From NCBI GenBank assembly GCA_951406725.2, contig OX597834.1, positions 6,076,001 through 6,140,000 on the forward strand: a stretch of DNA of 64,000 nucleotides, read 5' to 3'. Numbering within the stretch: position 1 is the stretch's first letter; every line of letters begins with the position of its first letter. Of the stretch, positions 61,918 to 64,000 are shown piece by piece. A program made the position numbers and the translations under genes. The notes beneath the pieces are model-generated. The model saw only the letters and a list, made by a program, of their open reading frames with translations, ran no database searches and had not been told where the DNA came from. The DNA comes from Octopus vulgaris. Its lineage: Eukaryota.

Positions 61918-62052
61918 GAAATAAGATTAAGATTAATGTAAAAAATAAATATCACTGAAGCAAAATAACACCAAATATATAGTGCGTGTGTTTTTATTGG
62001 CTAAACTGGCAATATGACCATTCCGAAATATAACAATATATATATATATATA

Positions 62053-62363
62053 TATAAAATATGAATTAAAGATAAAACCACGGTTATGCAACTCAAACAG
62101 TGATAGACATAAACCAATACATAAATAACAAATATTATATATATATATATATTCTTTTTTTTTATAAATATATAACTTATAACTAGATCGCAATTATATT
62201 ATATATTTATCATTTATTTTATACTTTTTGAGATCTAGTTATCAGTCATATATTTATAAAAAAAAAGAAATATATATATATTATTTTTATTTATGTATTG
62301 GTTTATGTCTATCACTGTTTGAGTTGCCTAATAGTGGTTTTATCTTTAATTCATATTTTATAT
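62053..62363. repeat. ~310-bp palindrome
   Basis: AATATGAATTAAAGATAAAACCAC..GCAACTCAAACAGTGATAGACATAAACCAATACATAAATAA mirrored on the right. Confidence 0.85.
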
Positions 62364-62449
62364 ATTTATACTGTGAAATTTGATTTAATACTAAATTGAA
62401 TTTTTCCCTGTAAGTTTGCAGTTATACTCTCTAAAATATTTCTATTATG

Positions 62450-62491
<42 letters not shown>

Positions 62492-62861
62492 GTTATTTAT
62501 TTATATTGCTGTATTTCGGAATAGTCTTTCTTTTTTTCGTAAAACCACATACTATATATTTGTCCTTCACTTGTTTATTACTTTTCTTATTTTAACTGCT
62601 CTGCTTAGTCCATGGACTAAATAGAGCAGGAGCATACATGTGGATAGAAAGTGTCACTGAAGTGGTCACAGATGTGTGATGAAAGATTTCTAGACAATGG
62701 ACATGAGTTAAGATGGGTACAGCAATAAACAAGTGAAGAACGAATATATAGAGCATATGTTTATTTGACAAAAGAAAAAAAAATGACCATTTCAAAATAC
62801 ATCAATGTCTGTTTCAACACTCGGTTTCATATCAGGAATCTCGGAACACAAATTCATAAGC

Positions 62862-62903
<42 letters not shown>

Positions 62904-62904
62904 T

Positions 62905-63112
62905 GTCTTGAGTGAGGACCATGTACTGCAATAACTTGGGTTTCAAGGGCCCACAGCTATTCAACACCATGCCAAAACATCTGAGGAATCTTCATGGAGT
63001 AGGGGTAGATGTTTTCAAGAAATATCTTGACCTCCTGCTATCCAAAGTCCCAGATAAACCTATATCAAGGCAGGGAACTCAAAAGAGGGCAGCACTGTCA
63101 AACTCCCCACTC
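62905..63112 (+). mobile_element. CR1/L2-group LINE 3' ORF fragment (family of 13073)
   Basis: YCNNLGFKGPQLFNTMPKHLRNLHGVGVDVFKKYLDLLLSKVPDKP...AALSNS. Confidence 0.8.
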
Positions 63113-63252
63113 TACTAAACCCACTTAAAAGGCTTTGGTCGGCCTGAGGCCATAGTAGAAGACACTTGCCCAAGGTGCTATGCACTGGGACTGAACCTAG
63201 AACCATGAGGTCGGGAAGCTAGGTTCTTACCACACAGCCATGTTTGCACCTA
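63112..63252 (-). mobile_element. SINE family A, head fragment
   Basis: Similarity to the family A head. Confidence 0.75.
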
Positions 63253-64000
63253 TAAGATCCTTTTGCCTCATTAATATTCAGCTATATTTATTTTTCAGAT
63301 CTTCAATGGTGTTATTATTGTTGGATAACTTTAGTTCAGCCCTGATTGAAGAGGTCATGTTTGGACTCATTCCGACCATAAAATGTCGCTACTCTTTTCC
63401 AGGTGGTGTGTGGGTTCATATGTAGACAGGTAAAATAGTGCAAATGGAATGAGGGGAATAAAAATGCACAATAGGAAAACTTGAGAGGTTCCAACAAATC
63501 GATATAAAGACACAAAACAAAATTTACCTGAAATTAACCTGCAATTAATGAATTGCAAATTAAAATAAAAGAAAAGGAAAAGAGGTAGGCTGACATTTAG
63601 GGTGGACCCCTTATCAAAGTTGAATGAGAAACAGAGAAACAAGGTATGAAACAATACCTGTTTAAATGTGTGTGTCTCTTTTAACTACATACTGTCAAAC
63701 GTGAGATGTGGATATGCTGGCATGCAAGTTCGCATTGTCTTACATATCATTCAGAAAACCTTATCTGTTTGATACAGAGGAAATTACATTGGCCTTTGTG
63801 GGTTTTCTGGGCAGCTAGGGAATTCCAGAAGGAATACATTATAGTGTAGAAGGACTGGGCTAGTACATAGCCTTCTCCTCCTAAGACACTAGGTGTAGTT
63901 TTAAAGAGATTTGGCTACTATTTCTAGTAGGTTGATCCACTGCTTAGAGCAGGGTTTTTCAACCATTTTTCATCAATGGACCCTTTTGATTATTATTCTA

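Larger units (their letters stand above)
60786..62037 (-). mobile_element. 5'-truncated Penelope-like element with inverted pLTR
   Basis: ~185-bp apparently perfect inverted repeats (60840-61024, 61854-62037) around a GIY-YIG C-terminus; (TA)n on both sides. Confidence 0.9.

Overview
AT-rich, repeat-saturated eukaryotic DNA with no intact protein-coding gene that I can recognise. The SINE families and microsatellite load resemble an octopus (coleoid cephalopod) genome, which is an inference. Most of the window consists of four to five SINE families (about 50 copies, many nested, several with clear target-site duplications) and microsatellites. The rest is decayed transposase and retroelement coding remnants (maT/Tc1, mariner, pogo/Tigger, hAT, RTE and CR1-like LINEs, Penelope RT and GIY-YIG), non-autonomous Helitrons, MITE-like palindromes and a 5S rRNA pseudogene. 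The most striking signal is a set of at least five distinct small type I hammerhead-ribozyme (HHR) modules, mostly in or beside (TA)n tracts and linked to Penelope-like elements. These include a four-copy family with a non-canonical CUGUNGA core, a CUGAUGCG variant and palindromic head-to-head HHR cassettes. Other observations: satellites repeatedly born from retroposon segments (77, 79, 140 bp arrays and a 100-bp higher-order repeat), a SINE that seems to propagate as a multimer with microhomology priming, a local gene-conversion tract, a phase-preserving His/Pro-rich repeat, a candidate exon and a CCAAT/TATA promoter-like cluster. All alignments and folds were done by eye, so boundaries are approximate.
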